Shown: piece after piece, positions 1-13,401 of the stretch
Layout: every line of letters begins with the position of its first letter
How positions within the stretch are numbered: the first letter of the stretch is position 1
Source of the DNA: Octopus bimaculoides
Taxonomy: Eukaryota
Direction: 5' to 3'
Length of the DNA: 64,000 bases
NCBI RefSeq assembly: GCF_001194135.2
Contig: NC_068986.1
Coordinates: 45,979,507 to 46,043,506, forward strand
Program-made: the position numbers and the translations under genes
Notes under the pieces: model-generated
Databases searched by the model: none
What the model was told of the DNA's origin: nothing
Seen by the model: only the letters and a program-made list of their open reading frames with translations

Positions 1-113
1 TATATCTTAGTTAAGTATGGGCTTATAAAAACTCACTTGGATTTTTTAAAATCTGATGTTTGAGTATTGAATACACTCATGTTAACCACTTTATCATAAA
101 AGAACATTACTCA

Positions 114-117
<4 letters not shown>

Positions 118-166
<49 letters not shown>

Positions 167-205
167 CATATATATATACTGTGTGTGTGTGTGTGTGTGC
201 GCATG
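118..205. repeat. compound (TA)n/(TG)n microsatellite
   Basis: Direct reading: about 60 bp of TA followed by TG repeats. Confidence 0.95.
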
Positions 206-1349
206 TGAATGTGTGCATGTAAACCAAAACCCATTCATCTTCAAAGCTAACAGTTGATAGCTACTGTTTTGGTACTCTTGAATAAATAAGACTCACTAGA
301 ACCAACATTCCTTCTGGTCAAACCAGTGGAAAGAACTGAAACCACAATTGCAAGCATGGAAGCACAGATACTTTAACAGTGCTATGGCTACTTACAGAAA
401 TCTTCACTGCGATATGATACCTACTTACAATAAGCTAATTAGGGCAATTATTGGCTAAGTGCCTTAGACATGGATGCAGCACAACAAAAGCGATACAAAA
501 AGTAAACAAAGCATTTATACTGATTCTCTTGGGTACCATAATAGCATGACAATTGCATTGTTTGCTTACCTGTTTGTCTGTTTATCAGCCTTTCCCCACT
601 CCTCTCTCTGTCACACATATCTACACATATGTCTACACACTATGCACATACATTTTTATACAAACACATACACAGATATACAAGTATACAATCACAAATG
701 TATATGTACACACTCACACACGTGCACATACACATGCGTATAGACACACACACACACATATTTGTAGGGACATTGACCATTTGATTTTAGACACTAAAAT
801 AGTGTTAGAAAAATTTAATTCCCTGGGAATATGAGGTTATGATCATCTTTTGTGTCATGGATTCATTTGCAATTTAATCTAGACCACTTCACTGTTAAAT
901 AGCCCTAATAATAATATTGTTATGTAAAATATCTGAAAAAGCTATTGAAAAATCAGGGGCCCCTGAGAAACCACACTTTTAGAAAACATCTAGCAATGCA
1001 CTGAAACAAGGTGTTCAATGCCAATGTTTGTTGTATTTCACAGAATAATGTTGCTTATTTTTCTTTTCAATACTGTAGCAAGCCAAACTCTAAAAGCTTG
1101 TGAGAGTGAAGAGAAACAATAATTTTTATTTCTCTGATATACAACACAAGATGGAGAACTAGGTGCAGTAAATACAGTTAGTAGATATTCATTTTTTTCC
1201 TTCTGAAATACAAAAGGATGCAGTTGCTTGGTTCTAAATTTTCCTTCAATCAATATAAGATGTGTATGCACACATACACAAGCACACACACACAAAACTT
1301 TTATTGATCAACAAAATTGTATTGTATTGTATTTTCAATAATAATCCTT

Positions 1350-1554
1350 TCTTATTTTGGTACAAGGCCAGCAATTTTGGGGGTGGGAAAGTCAATTACT
1401 TCGATTGCAGAGCTCAGTTGGTACATATTTCATCGAATGAAAAGGATGAAAGGCAAAGATGATGTCAGTGGGATTTGAACTGAGAACATAAAGAGGGACG
1501 AAATGCTGGTAAGCATTTTGTCTGTCATGTTAACCGTTTTGCCAACTTGCCACC
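1350..1554 (-). mobile_element. tRNA-derived SINE, family A (Nin/Deu-like central domain), diverged copy
   Basis: Plus strand reads ...AAAGGATGAAAGGCAAAG...GGATTTGAACTGAG..., the reverse complement of a GCCTTTCATCCTTT domain and a B box. Homologous to the better copy at 33163-33394. Nin/Deu assignment is from memory of that domain. Confidence 0.8.
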
Positions 1555-1566
1555 AAAATTAATTCC

Positions 1567-1567
<1 letters not shown>

Positions 1568-1622
<55 letters not shown>

Positions 1623-1641
1623 TAATAATAATAATAATAAT
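1568..1641. repeat. (AAT)n microsatellite, probably the (ATT)n tail of the adjacent minus-strand SINE
   Basis: Near-perfect AAT run directly preceding the SINE copy at 1643. Confidence 0.95.
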
Positions 1642-1642
1642 T

Positions 1643-1850
1643 ACTTCCAACATAATTGCAATACTTGAAATTAGTTGGGAGCAGCTTAGTTAATTAAATC
1701 AACATTAGTTCTTGATTTCAACTTTATTTTATTGACCTGACAGGATGAAAAGCAATGATGATCTTGGCAGGATTTGAACTGAGAACTGGACCAATTATCA
1801 CTAGGCATTTTTCAGATTTTAATGTATCTGCCAATTCACTACTCTAAATG
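1643..1850 (-). mobile_element. tRNA-derived SINE, family A, diverged copy
   Basis: CAGGATGAAAAGCAATGATGATCTTGGCAGGATTTGAACTGAG matches the family A core. Confidence 0.7.
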
Positions 1851-1857
1851 TTCCAAC

Positions 1858-2064
1858 AATCCTCTTACATAGACATAAAATCTCAAATTTTGGGGAAAGG
1901 GAGTCATTAATTTAAACCAACGCCAGAACTTTAATATATATCAACTTTGGAAACATCAAAGGCAAAGTGGACCTCAGCAGAATTTGAACCCAGAATGTAA
2001 AAAGCCAGAAGAAATATTGCTTTTTGTCAAACATTCTAATGATTCTGCCAGTCCAACACCCTTA
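1858..2064 (-). mobile_element. tRNA-derived SINE, family A, diverged copy
   Basis: AAAGGCAAAGTGGACCTCAGCAGAATTTGAACCCAGAATG...GATTCTGCCAG matches family A. Confidence 0.75.
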
Positions 2065-5000
2065 TAATAACTAATAATAATGATGATGATGATAATATGC
2101 AAATATTTAACTGCTAAAAGAAACTAAAATATATTTGGAACAAAGTTTAACTAAACTTACATTAACTACATAAAAAGTAGTAAGTAATATAATTCAACTA
2201 TTTTAATAAAATATAATGTTAAAATGAGAGTATTTATTCTGTGGATATAATAAACAGAGTCTAGATATAATCTTGTTTGCTTTAATGTAATACAATTAAT
2301 AGGTGAAAATGAGATAAAACAATAAAATAACACAATAATTAATAGGAGTATATCACAAAATGTACAAACCTATAGAATAACAGAAACTAGATATTGATAA
2401 GACTATGAATAGGCATTAGTTCTCATATGAGATTTAAGTTATCTCCAATGATGAAAACCTGCAAGCAATATCTGGAATCCTCAGCTAGTGTTTTAAGGGA
2501 AATTGCAAAGAGATGAAATTTGAAATCAAATCTTGTTGAGCCTCAAACTGGTTATGGCAGTTAGATGTTATATTAGCTCCATCATGAAGTAAATGCTCAA
2601 TATTAAGATAACAGTAGCAAGAGAAAGATAAATAAATATTAAACACATCAAAAGGAAATAAAGAATTTATACAAAAGAATACTAAGTAAACACAAATAAT
2701 GGATCTTAAAACTGGACATGTTCTACTCACTGAAGTGATTTGACAAAATTATTCAGTCATATAGTTCACCACAAAAGGTGTAACTGCTCAGATTGGGTTA
2801 AAGTAATAAATTTTAAACTTTTGCAATGGCAGCAAAGATGGCAGCAAAATACAAGGAGCATATTCTAGAAGGATGTATCAGAAATGGCTACAGCAGATAT
2901 TAAACATATAAAATAGAGAGTTTTCTATTTATTCTTAATAGACAGAATTTTGAGATGGATGGAATGGTTTTCCTGAACTGGAACCAATATTTCATGAGAT
3001 GTCTGGCATGTTTTAGTAAGCTAACAATTGATATTTGGAATGTATAACTAAAGCGGAAATTTAATTCAGGCAATAGCAGTTGAACTGTTATATAGAGTAA
3101 AAATATATTCTGGTCAAAATAATACTTAAATAAAAATCAATAAAACAACTTGGAATCTTGTTTTCCAATCATGTATAAATCAGATATTTAATAAAGATGA
3201 TATTTTCTCTAAAACATTCATGTAAAGAAGATCTAGATGTGAAAGACGGAATTTATTTTGTTAAAAAATGTTGAGAATTTTAAAAGATTTGAGTCATTTC
3301 AATATGAAGTTGCAATAAATTTCCATTATTAGCAACTTAAAGAATCTGATATTCTTTAGTCAAAGTATGACAATCGACTTTAGTCCGTTCGGTTTCCAAA
3401 ATGAGATTCTACCTTAATTATCTTCTTCATATCAGACCTGTTTGTGCTAAATGACTGGGCTGAAGTACAATTTCAAATTCTGACACTATTTGTTAACCTA
3501 GTTCTTTCCATCTGGTCTTTGAATTTCATTTTAGTAAATAATAACACATTGTTAATCTTCAGCCAAATCTTAATGAAACTGGATTCCCATGAAACTTCTT
3601 AGAGGAAAGCCATATGTATCAATATAGAAGAAGCCAGTTGAACTAGATCCAATTACAGCTGTTACATAAATCAAAATTAAAATAATTTCACTCTCTTTTA
3701 CTCAGTAGGGAACAACTACATGCATAAAACCTCTAGCTGGTAATACAATCTACATAATTCTTGTTGAATATATATTCAGTTTTATCAAAACACAATGAAT
3801 TTATTTTTATGAAAATCTTTAACAAAGATACAAATAGTGATATTAAATTCTCAAGTTCATATTCTATTTCATCCCTAGTTTGAACACTACACTCTCAAAT
3901 TATTATCAAATTATATCCTGTCTCTCTCATGACTGTGGCAATGATCATTGCTCCTTGAAATTGTTGTCTGTGAATTCACTGCTTCCAACAATATTGATTT
4001 CTCTTGCTATTTTAGCAAGTACCTTTTTCAATGGGGCATTTCTCTGGACTCCATCTCATACCTGCCTATGTTTCTCTCTTTGATTTATAACCTTCAAGAC
4101 TTCACATTACACATTAACTGTATCAAACTTTTGCATCTTTTGCCTATCTGTTAGTCATGGTGAAAGTGAATATTCAAGGGTGTACCAGACATTCAATTCA
4201 AATTAAATTTAAAAAATAATATCTTAACTGAACCTAATAACAACACAGTATTTTACAGGTCTATTAGATTTATGTATTAAAGCGAATTTAAAAAAAAATA
4301 TCTTTTATGTATGGTTGACATACAGGGAATGCCATCATATATATCATATACAATCAGATATTGTGGAATAAAACTGCATGAACATTAGTTAATGTTCTTC
4401 AGACAGTTCTGTACATGAAAGTATACTTGATTATTCAAACATAAAAATGTTACAGCATATTGAGATAACAAGAAAAAAAGTTGATAGTTAATATTTTAAA
4501 CTGGTAAATAAGAAAGACAACTTCAGATTGTCTTTTTTATAATTATTCATAAGAGAAGAGTAGCTACTGCGTAATTTGTTGAAGTATTAGCAACCAAATT
4601 GCTATGTAATCATGGGATTTTACATTTGCTTCCATGGACTTCAAAAACATGCTGACAAATTAATTTCGTTTTAGATGTCATTCACATGATAATTGAACAG
4701 TCATATAAGAAAAAGCATATTTAATTATAAGAACATTAAAAAGCTAAAGTATATTCAGTTATGTGGTAAAAGGAAAATGTTAAATTATGACAAATATTTT
4801 TTAAACTCATTTAACACTGACAACATTCATAAATTTAGCAGGTGAGTTAGAAGAATTAGCTACTTTTGTTTCAAACCTGGACTTATATGACTTAATAGAA
4901 TTTCTTACATAGTTTACATAATTAGATCTAAAGATAAATTTTTTCAACAATTGCAATATTACAAGGGAAATGCGAAAATCTTCCCTGTTGTCATTTGTTA

Positions 5001-5390
5001 ATATCTTATCAGACTACCATAAGACATGTAGATACATTACAAAACTTCTTGAAAGAGTATGCAAAGATTAGGGTGATTTTAATAAGAAACAAATACTAAA
5101 AGAATTGATAAACTTTCTTAAATCAAATGTATATTAGACAATAGATAAAGGACAATTTTTGCAGGGAAACTTTGTAAATAAATATACTTTATAAAATGTT
5201 TAATTAATATAACTCAGGTTATGGTATGCTGAAGATTTCTAAAAAGAGTGAAATAGTACCATATATCATTACCACTCACAAGAAATTTAAGAACTTCATA
5301 ATAAGTAAAAAAATAAATAAATATGTGTATTCTATGCATCTTTTTCCTTACTTCTTAACTTCAAATTCCAACTTCTAACTCCACCAAATA

Positions 5391-6648
5391 TTAGGTCGTT
5401 AAGTATGAAATTTGTAGAAAAGAAAAAAGTTTGCTAATGTATACAAGGAATAGTTTTATTCATCAAAGTATGCACCCATATTGTCAATACACTTTTGTCA
5501 TTTCAGTGGTAGCTTGTCCAGCCCAGAACTGTAAAAGCCTGGCAATCTAGAGTAAATAAAACCTTGGAAGACCTGTTTTACAGCATCTTCGGAATTAGAT
5601 TTTTTTCCTATCAAAAAGTTATCCAAATTCTGGAAGAAGTGGTAGTCAGTGGGGGCAAGATCAGGTGAGTAGGGTGGATGATAAAGAACTTCCAACTCCA
5701 ACTCCTGTAGTTTCACCAATATCTGGTGTTGTCTTGCAGTACAATAAGAGTGGATCTGCTGACTAATCTAGGCTGTTTTATTTTTGTAAGTTTCTGCATC
5801 ATTTGGTACGGTTGGCTGCAGTATACTTCGGCCATGATTGATGAGCCAGGTTTAATGAAATCACACTGAATCACACTTGTGTCAGACCACCAAACCCACA
5901 TCATCAGCTTCTTTTGATGAATTTTGCTGTTTGGACTGTGTTTTGTAGGCTCATCTCTGTCCGACCATTGTGCTGAACATTTATGGTTGTTGTATTGGAT
6001 CTGTTTCTCATCCCATGTTACAATTCGATTCAAAATTCATTTTTGTGATGAGAAAGTAGCATAATGCAGGCTTCCAAACGTTGCCATTTCTGATTTTCAT
6101 TGAGTTCATGTGGAACCCATTTATCCAGCTTTTTCACTTTACCAATTTGAACTAGGTGAGTCAGTATTATTTACTTGCTAGCACCAAACAACAACGATAA
6201 TTCACGAGCACTTTGAGATGGATCTGACTTGACGGTGGCTTTCAGTTTGTCATTATCCACCTTTGTTTCTGGCCGACCACATTGCTCATTTGTGAGGTCA
6301 AAGTTACCAGAACAAAATTTTGCAAATCAATTTGAAACTGTCTGCTATGTAATAACATTAGAATGAAATACTCCATTAATATTCCGAGCTGTCTGTGATG
6401 CTGTATTTCCAAGAAAGAACTCAATTTCAAAACTGTACGAATTTCTGACTTACCCATCTCTAAACAAAAATAGCAAAAAACGATTTATAAATACTTTATA
6501 AAGCACAAAATGAGTTAGAATAACGAAATAGATGTGTCAGCTTTCTAACAAAAAAGTAACGATTGTCAAAATATAATAACGGTGCAGAATGAGCAGTTGT
6601 CAAAGTTTACCATATACCTTACTACAAATTTCATACTTGATGACCTAA
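5391..6648 (-). mobile_element. full-length mariner (Tc1/mariner, DD34D family) DNA transposon, 1258 bp
   Basis: 27-bp TIRs: left TTAGGTCGTTAAGTATGAAATTTGTAG (5391-5417); right, reverse-complemented, TTAGGTCATCAAGTATGAAATTTGTAG (2 mismatches). TA on both flanks (5389-90, 6649-50). Transposase inside. Confidence 0.93.
5456..6457 (-). pseudogene. mariner transposase pseudogene (frameshifts, stops, small deletion after the second catalytic Asp)
   Basis: Fragments include KWVPHEL, RIVTWDEK, KKLMMWVWW, VLQDNTR and HPPYSPDLAPTDYHFF, the canonical mariner motifs. The N-terminus resembles Hsmar1/cecropia-type transposases (from memory). Confidence 0.92.
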
Positions 6649-9600
6649 TATTATGAAGATATGCTTTCTCTCTTATAATAACTGTTTGCTTGGGGAAGCT
6701 ACATATATATCAAATTCTTAAATCAGTATAGTCATTGTTAAGTAAGTTCTATTTCACTGGACTTCTGGTATGCATTCTGTTGACTGAGCAAAGCATTCAT
6801 AAATGTGCCAATTTTGTATTTATTATAGAGCTTATGCTCTAAACTTAGGACTTGAAATATTTCTTAAAATAGGACCGTTTTAAAGATATTAAGGAATTGC
6901 TATAGGAGATTTGACTGCTAGATTGGCAAAATGATTGATTAAGTAGAAGCTCCTTTGTTGACATAGAAAGAAGCAATAAGACTGTAAAAATGAACAGCTT
7001 TCAAGGGTCTACATTATGGCAGAAAGACTAATTTAATAGCCCAAAATAGATGAATAATTGGGGATCATATGTTATATACAGAATCATTCGATTGATTATC
7101 TGTTAAAGAATGTTATTATACTAGAATAGACATGCCCTAGAAAATGAAAGCTTGTATAATGATGTTACAAACTTTATTTTTACTCCATAGAATAAATATA
7201 GACATGATGGTATCTTGTATCTTAAAAGATTAATATAAGTAGCTATTTATGCTAAAAGATTTTGATGAAAAGTGTCAATAAAATTTCCAGTAATCACTTA
7301 ATAGGAAAAATATTCTAAACAAAGATAAAGACCCAAATATAAAGGAATACTAATAAATTGAGTAAAAACTTAAATGTGAAATTTTTGAATATAATGATAC
7401 AGGACCCTGCTTAGTGCCTGAAGATAAGAAAGTCAATTAAAGAACTAAAGAAAGAAATATTGCAAAATAACCTCATACAAAAGAGAAATTTTTCAAATGA
7501 TTTCAAGTGAAAAGATAAACCATTATTCATTTGTCAAATTTGAAATCTTACTATATTCTGTTATTCTAATGCTTAAATGATTAATATTAAAACTTTGATA
7601 ACATTCGGTATTCTGTTGTTGCTAGCAAATAGGTATTAGTTCAATTACCAAATAGTTGCAAATCCCTGCTAATGTGCATTATATTTAATCTGAAAATTTT
7701 CCTCTCAACAATTTGAATTGAACTTACTTCAAACCATTGAGAACAACTTGTATCATTTTAACATTTAGGATTTAAAATATATACCAGCAGGAGCATATTT
7801 ACTCTTACTTTTAGAAAATGTTTATATATTTTGCAAGACCATTATTTTGGTTATAGCCTGATATAATATGATACTGCAAACTTTAGTGGGATGAGAGTAG
7901 GATTTTTATAAAAATTCAGAATGTTCTTTAGTTGAAAATAAGGATGTATACTTATATGAAGGTAAATAATAGGACCATTTGTTTTTGGGAAGAACGGAGG
8001 AGATACCTTTCGTATTTAGATTTATATAAAGTATGATTTGAGTTGTAATTTTTGGCAATCTGTTAAAATTGAAGTACATACATGGTGGAAGAATCATTTT
8101 AGCCATTTAAGAATACTCAAAGCTGATATATTCACTTTCCATTTATTTCTTCATTGACAGTATATCATGAAGTATCATCAACCCACCTGAAACCACTTCT
8201 GTTTCAATGATACAAGCCTCCTGTCTTAAACCTTCTATCAAAATTCTGTGTTAATTTATGCTCCATACACTAGCTTAATTTGATGAAGTTTATTATATTC
8301 TTCCTTATTTTCAAAATTAATTGAAACAATGACAATGCATTTCAAAAGAGAAATGGTAACAGAAGAATTAAAACATTTCATTTCACTTTGACTTCTTGTC
8401 GCTAACATAATTCCATTGTATGCATTTAAATCACAGAAGTCTAATGAAACAATCTGGTGCTTCATAACAGATAGTACTATGGGCAAATAAATAGAAATTG
8501 ACCATAGCAGTTTTGATAAAAGGAGTTTTAATTCTTCAATACTGGTTGTTGCTGTTGTTTTGACCTAGCAGAATTATAATCAAAGTTATTCCAGCCAAAC
8601 TACCATTGGTAAAATAATAGGGTGTGAGTTGAATATTTGATTGTTAATCTTAGCACAGCAAGCAACCATGCAGAAGCAACATCTTCAGAATCCACATCTT
8701 ATAAGGAAGAAATATTGTTGATTGAAAAAATTGAATGATTCTGATTGGATAGAAGGTCTATCATTTTAAATATTGATACTACATCTTCTATTCAAAACTA
8801 AACTAGGTACCAAATGTTTAAAAACAGTTTCCATTGGCGAAATTTGTACTGTGGGTACACTCCACTGTTCTGAGATAGTGTAGTCATGTGATAAGCAAAA
8901 GTTCAATTTCTACTCAAAACAGTTTATGAACTATAGTTATCATTTGACAAGCAAGAATTTTCTTAAATTATTACTCAATCTTTGTAGATATTTCTAGTAT
9001 AGCAAACAGACATTTCTTTGAAATATTATCTGGAATGCTTTATTGCTTTAAAAGGAACTGAGTAAGTTGGAGATTTTGAACATTTCTGAAAACTGATGAA
9101 ATAGAATAATAAAACTTGTGAGTCTCAAATGGGTTCTGTTCTATAAAGAGCTTTAATATAAGCAAATATTTAATTCAAGTGTGTATTTGAAATTTAAACA
9201 CTGTGATCCATGAAAATCTGATCTGCAGCTTAAGAAATTTTTTGATTGATTCTTTTGACATACCAATATTTGTTATCGTGTATTTTTCATATTCCTTTAT
9301 TCTTTAATTCATTGCAGCCATGTGGCTGTGGTCGTGCTGGAGCAGCACTTCAGAATTTCATCAATGTATAGTTTATGTGAATATAGTAATCAAGGATTTA
9401 ATTGATTAATATAATAGACACTGTATTTAATGTAATTATATGTAAAGAATTATGTTCTTACATTTAAATGCAATTAAATAGATAAACATATATTTGCAAA
9501 TACAAAAACACATATAAATATATTATATAAGATTAAAACATGAGTGCATACTAAATTGTGTTTTCAGAGTAATTTTTAATATATGCCAGTGGTAATATCT

Positions 9601-10779
9601 GGAAAAAAAAAAAAAAAGAAAATTCTGCCAAAATTATAAAACGCTACGTTAATTTTGATGTGCATTTTGTAGAAATATTGAGTCTTTCCCCTCCATATAC
9701 GCAAAGAGTCTCAAAACAACAGAGGTCCATTGAAATATTTAGAAACTAATATTTCTTTATACATGGCTATAATGTGAGAACATATTGACATGTTAATTAA
9801 TCATAATGGAGATATTATGCTAAAACAATAAGAAATAAAATATACTTTGTGAATCTTGGTTGGAAATCTATTATGAACTCAGTAATATCAAATATGGAAT
9901 TAAAAAGAAAGGAAACAGAAAAAATATTTAAAAAAAAAAACAAAATAATGTTAAAGGAAATTTTTATACTTTCTGTATATATTTTGACTGTTTTGCAAAT
10001 AATTTATTAGAAAGTTCTTATCAGGATTGTTAGAAACTCTCTAAATACTTTAAATATATTTGAAGTATAGATTTTTCAAAATACAAATTCTGAAACATGT
10101 AATACTTTTAAAATACACAGTTTTTCAATCATTGCTGTATGTAAGAGGATTAGATATGAAATGTTTTAGCTTTATGTCTAAACTAATATGAAGATCTTTG
10201 TACTCACACTGTTTGCACTGTTTAACTAAAATATGATTTTGTAATATAATCATAATGAAAAGCATCTGTTACATTATATTATTAAAATAATACTGAAGTT
10301 TCAAAATAATAGTCAAGTTTCAAGTAGGTAAAAAACTGAATTTTCTGATCAATGAAAACACTGAATGGTTATATGCCAATTGATGGAAAAATTTAATTTT
10401 TGATGAATCAGTACATATTCATATAATCTTTTGCAGAGTTCTTGATGAGGCACTTAAAAAATATATAAGCATATTTCATATATTTAAGCATTTGATGTTA
10501 TAAAAGTACACAAAATCTCATGAAAAAATCACAATAAAAGTTATTAACTAAAATATAAAAAAAAGAGAGTAGGAATTATACAAAGAAAAATAGAAAACCA
10601 TTTATCACATGATTTCTAGCATAACTTTTTAAAATGCAGAAACATTCTGGTGTCTTTATCTCACTGGTATATTCATAGATGGAAAACAAACATTGCTGTT
10701 AATGTATTTATAAATATAAGGATAGTTCAATTAATCTAAACATATATTTTTCTTATCCACCCAAATAAATGGTTGTACA

Positions 10780-10781
<2 letters not shown>

Positions 10782-10836
<55 letters not shown>
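10782..10836. repeat. (TG)n microsatellite
   Basis: Perfect TG run of about 55 bp. Confidence 0.97.
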
Positions 10837-10839
<3 letters not shown>

Positions 10840-11439
10840 CATGAGTACAGGTTAAAGCTGCTCATTACAAAATACAGAAACTTGTAACATTAACTGCTGA
10901 TTCTGCAAAAATATTACTGTAAGTGATATGTTTGACTCTGGAAAGAAGGCAAATAATTTTTCTCTAAAACCTAGTAGCTTTTTCTTTGGCTACATTATGC
11001 AACACATAAAAGATTACAATAATAAAGACACAATGATGTGCTTTCCAACAATTCAATATCAACTGATAATACTTTTCTCTTTAAGGCAAAAGCTTGCACA
11101 CACATACACACACATGTACACATGCGTGTGCACACAGACACACACAGACACACACAGACACACACAAACACACACACATTAATGATTATTTATGAGGTGA
11201 AGCTGATTTAAATTATTTATATACCTATAGATCAAAAAATATATATTCATCTTTGGTAAGTTGACTGCTCTTAAATATCTTCGTCCAGACTCTGGTTGAG
11301 TTTGACATTCAGTTTTGATTCCTGCTTAGTATGGTTTCACACCCATTCTCTCAAGAACAACCAGTTCTCTATTTGTCTATCCATCCATTCATCTGTCTGC
11401 CCATCAATTCCTTTGTCTACCCATCTGCTCATTCCTCCA

Positions 11440-11625
11440 TCCATCCAATCAGCCATCCACATCATCATCACCATCATCACCCACATCATAATCACCACCA
11501 CTATCACCTTTCCATGCTTGCATAAGTTAAAATGGTTGTGGCTGATTTTCTACAGTCACATGCCATTCCTGTCACCAACCCTCTCCTGTTTTCAAGCAAC
11601 GTATCTTTTGAATAGCTGGACATAT
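11440..11625 (-). mobile_element. RTE-type retroposon 3' end with (GAT)n tail, degenerate
   Basis: Plus strand (CAT)n followed by CCTTTCCATGCTTGCAT...ATGCCATTCCTGTCACCAACC. Similar ends occur at 33610-33730 (-), 41050-41102 (+), 47595-47640 (-), 52715-52870 (+) and 54600-54755 (+). Confidence 0.55.
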
Positions 11626-11879
11626 TTCCACAGAATATTGGAAAGAGCCAACATCACTTATATGGTGGTGATGTTTGTTCAAATCTATTGTGTGATGTTA
11701 AGACTAGGATAAACAAATACACACATGGACACATAATCATACACAAGCAGACAAAGAGACATAAAAATACACACACACACAAACATAAATACATACATAT
11801 ATATATACGTACATATATATATGCACATACATATGTATATAATATATATATATATATGCACATATATATATATATGTAC

Positions 11880-12408
11880 NNNNNNNNNNNNNNNNNNNNN
11901 NNNNNNNNNNNNNNNNNNNNNNNNNNNNNNNNNNNNNNNNNNNNNNNNNNNNNNNNNNNNNNNNNNNNNNNNNNNNNNNNNNNNNNNNNNNNNNNNNNNN
12001 NNNNNNNNNNNNNNNNNNNNNNNNNNNNNNNNNNNNNNNNNNNNNNNNNNNNNNNNNNNNNNNNNNNNNNNNNNNNNNNNNNNNNNNNNNNNNNNNNNNN
12101 NNNNNNNNNNNNNNNNNNNNNNNNNNNNNNNNNNNNNNNNNNNNNNNNNNNNNNNNNNNNNNNNNNNNNNNNNNNNNNNNNNNNNNNNNNNNNNNNNNNN
12201 NNNNNNNNNNNNNNNNNNNNNNNNNNNNNNNNNNNNNNNNNNNNNNNNNNNNNNNNNNNNNNNNNNNNNNNNNNNNNNNNNNNNNNNNNNNNNNNNNNNN
12301 NNNNNNNNNNNNNNNNNNNNNNNNNNNNNNNNNNNNNNNNNNNNNNNNNNNNNNNNNNNNNNNNNNNNNNNNNNNNNNNNNNNNNNNNNNNNNNNNNNNN
12401 NNNNNNNN
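11880..12408. other. assembly gap flanked by (TA)n
   Basis: N run. Other gaps: 37196-37895, 38770-38869, 46724-47514, 63520-63529. Confidence 1.
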
Positions 12409-12452
<44 letters not shown>

Positions 12453-12659
12453 TCAAATGGAATGTGGTTGCTCTTTCTCAGGGATGTATTTCCTCCAAGC
12501 GTACACTAGTTTAGCTCTATATTGATTAATTTTCCTGGAATTTGTTAATTTGTTAATAAGTATTAGTGCTTATTGATGGTTCTTCTTCAAAATCAGTATT
12601 TTACCCTTATGAAGTTGCAGTTGTTATTATAGATGTTTCATCAAGCTTCTTTCAATTTC

Positions 12660-12800
12660 CATGTGCCAAATACGCTCACAAGGCTTTGATTGGCTTGGAG
12701 CTCCAGTAGGAGATACTTAAGTTTCCAACCAGTAGAACTAAACTTGAAACCATCTAGTATGAAAGCAATCTTCTCAACTAAGGCCATATCTGCACCTAAG
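12660..12800 (-). mobile_element. tRNA-derived SINE, family B, 5' half, degenerate
   Basis: CACAAGGCTTTGATTGGC...GAAAGCAATCTTCTCAAC is the reverse complement of the head seen at 13103-13262. Confidence 0.6.
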
Positions 12801-13102
12801 TTATATTATGATTGTATCAGATAGAAAATATCCTTCATTAAAGTCTACTATAGAAATTTTCCAGCATCAGACAACACACACACTCACACATCCATACATG
12901 CACACACACACACATGCACATACACACATGTGTAAACACTCACATGCTCACACATGCACACATACTCATACATACAGTCCTCTCTCTCTCATGAACAAAA
13001 TGAAATAGAGTTTAAACTGAAAAGTACTGAAAATGATTTTTCATTTATATAATGTTTAGGTATTGCATTATTAAGACTATTTTGGAATAAATAAAATAGG
13101 TG

Positions 13103-13262
13103 ATGGTGTGCCTGTGTGGTTGAGAAGATTGCTTCCATATTACATGGTTTCAGGTTCAGTCCTACTACATGGCACTTTTGGCAAGTGTCTTCAGGAATAG
13201 CCCAATGCTAACCAAAACCTTGTAAGTGGATCTGGTAGATAGAAGCAAAAGAAAGGCCATCA
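13103..13262 (+). mobile_element. tRNA-derived SINE, family B, 5' half ending in its internal (TA)n
   Basis: GTGTGGTTGAGAAG (A-box-like), GGTTCAGTCC (B-box-like), then TTTGGCAAGTGTCTTC...CCTTGTAAGTGGATCTGGTAGATAGAAGC, then microsatellite. Confidence 0.75.
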
Positions 13263-13284
13263 TATATATATGATGCCCTTTATA

Positions 13285-13344
<60 letters not shown>

Positions 13345-13351
<7 letters not shown>

Positions 13352-13396
13352 TTATTTATGTGTTTCAGCCAAGTGGCTGCGGTCATGCTGGTGCAC
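13345..13396 (-). mobile_element. short SINE/LINE 3'-end fragment with (TAAA)n tail inside (TA)n
   Basis: 13345-13386 is the exact reverse complement (42/42) of 43185-43226. Confidence 0.75.
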
Positions 13397-13401
13397 ATAT
13401 A

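Noticed and set aside
299-457. 52-codon open frame after TAG| (NQHSFWSNQWKELKPQ...)
   Set aside because: No polypyrimidine tract, no donor and no recognisable motif; the length is within chance.
953-966. Perfect 14-bp palindrome TCAGGGGCCCCTGA
   Set aside because: Too short and isolated; probably part of a decayed MITE.
4833-4847. Plus-strand CAG|GTGAGT as a recursive site or donor
   Set aside because: No polypyrimidine tract upstream and no supportable exon.
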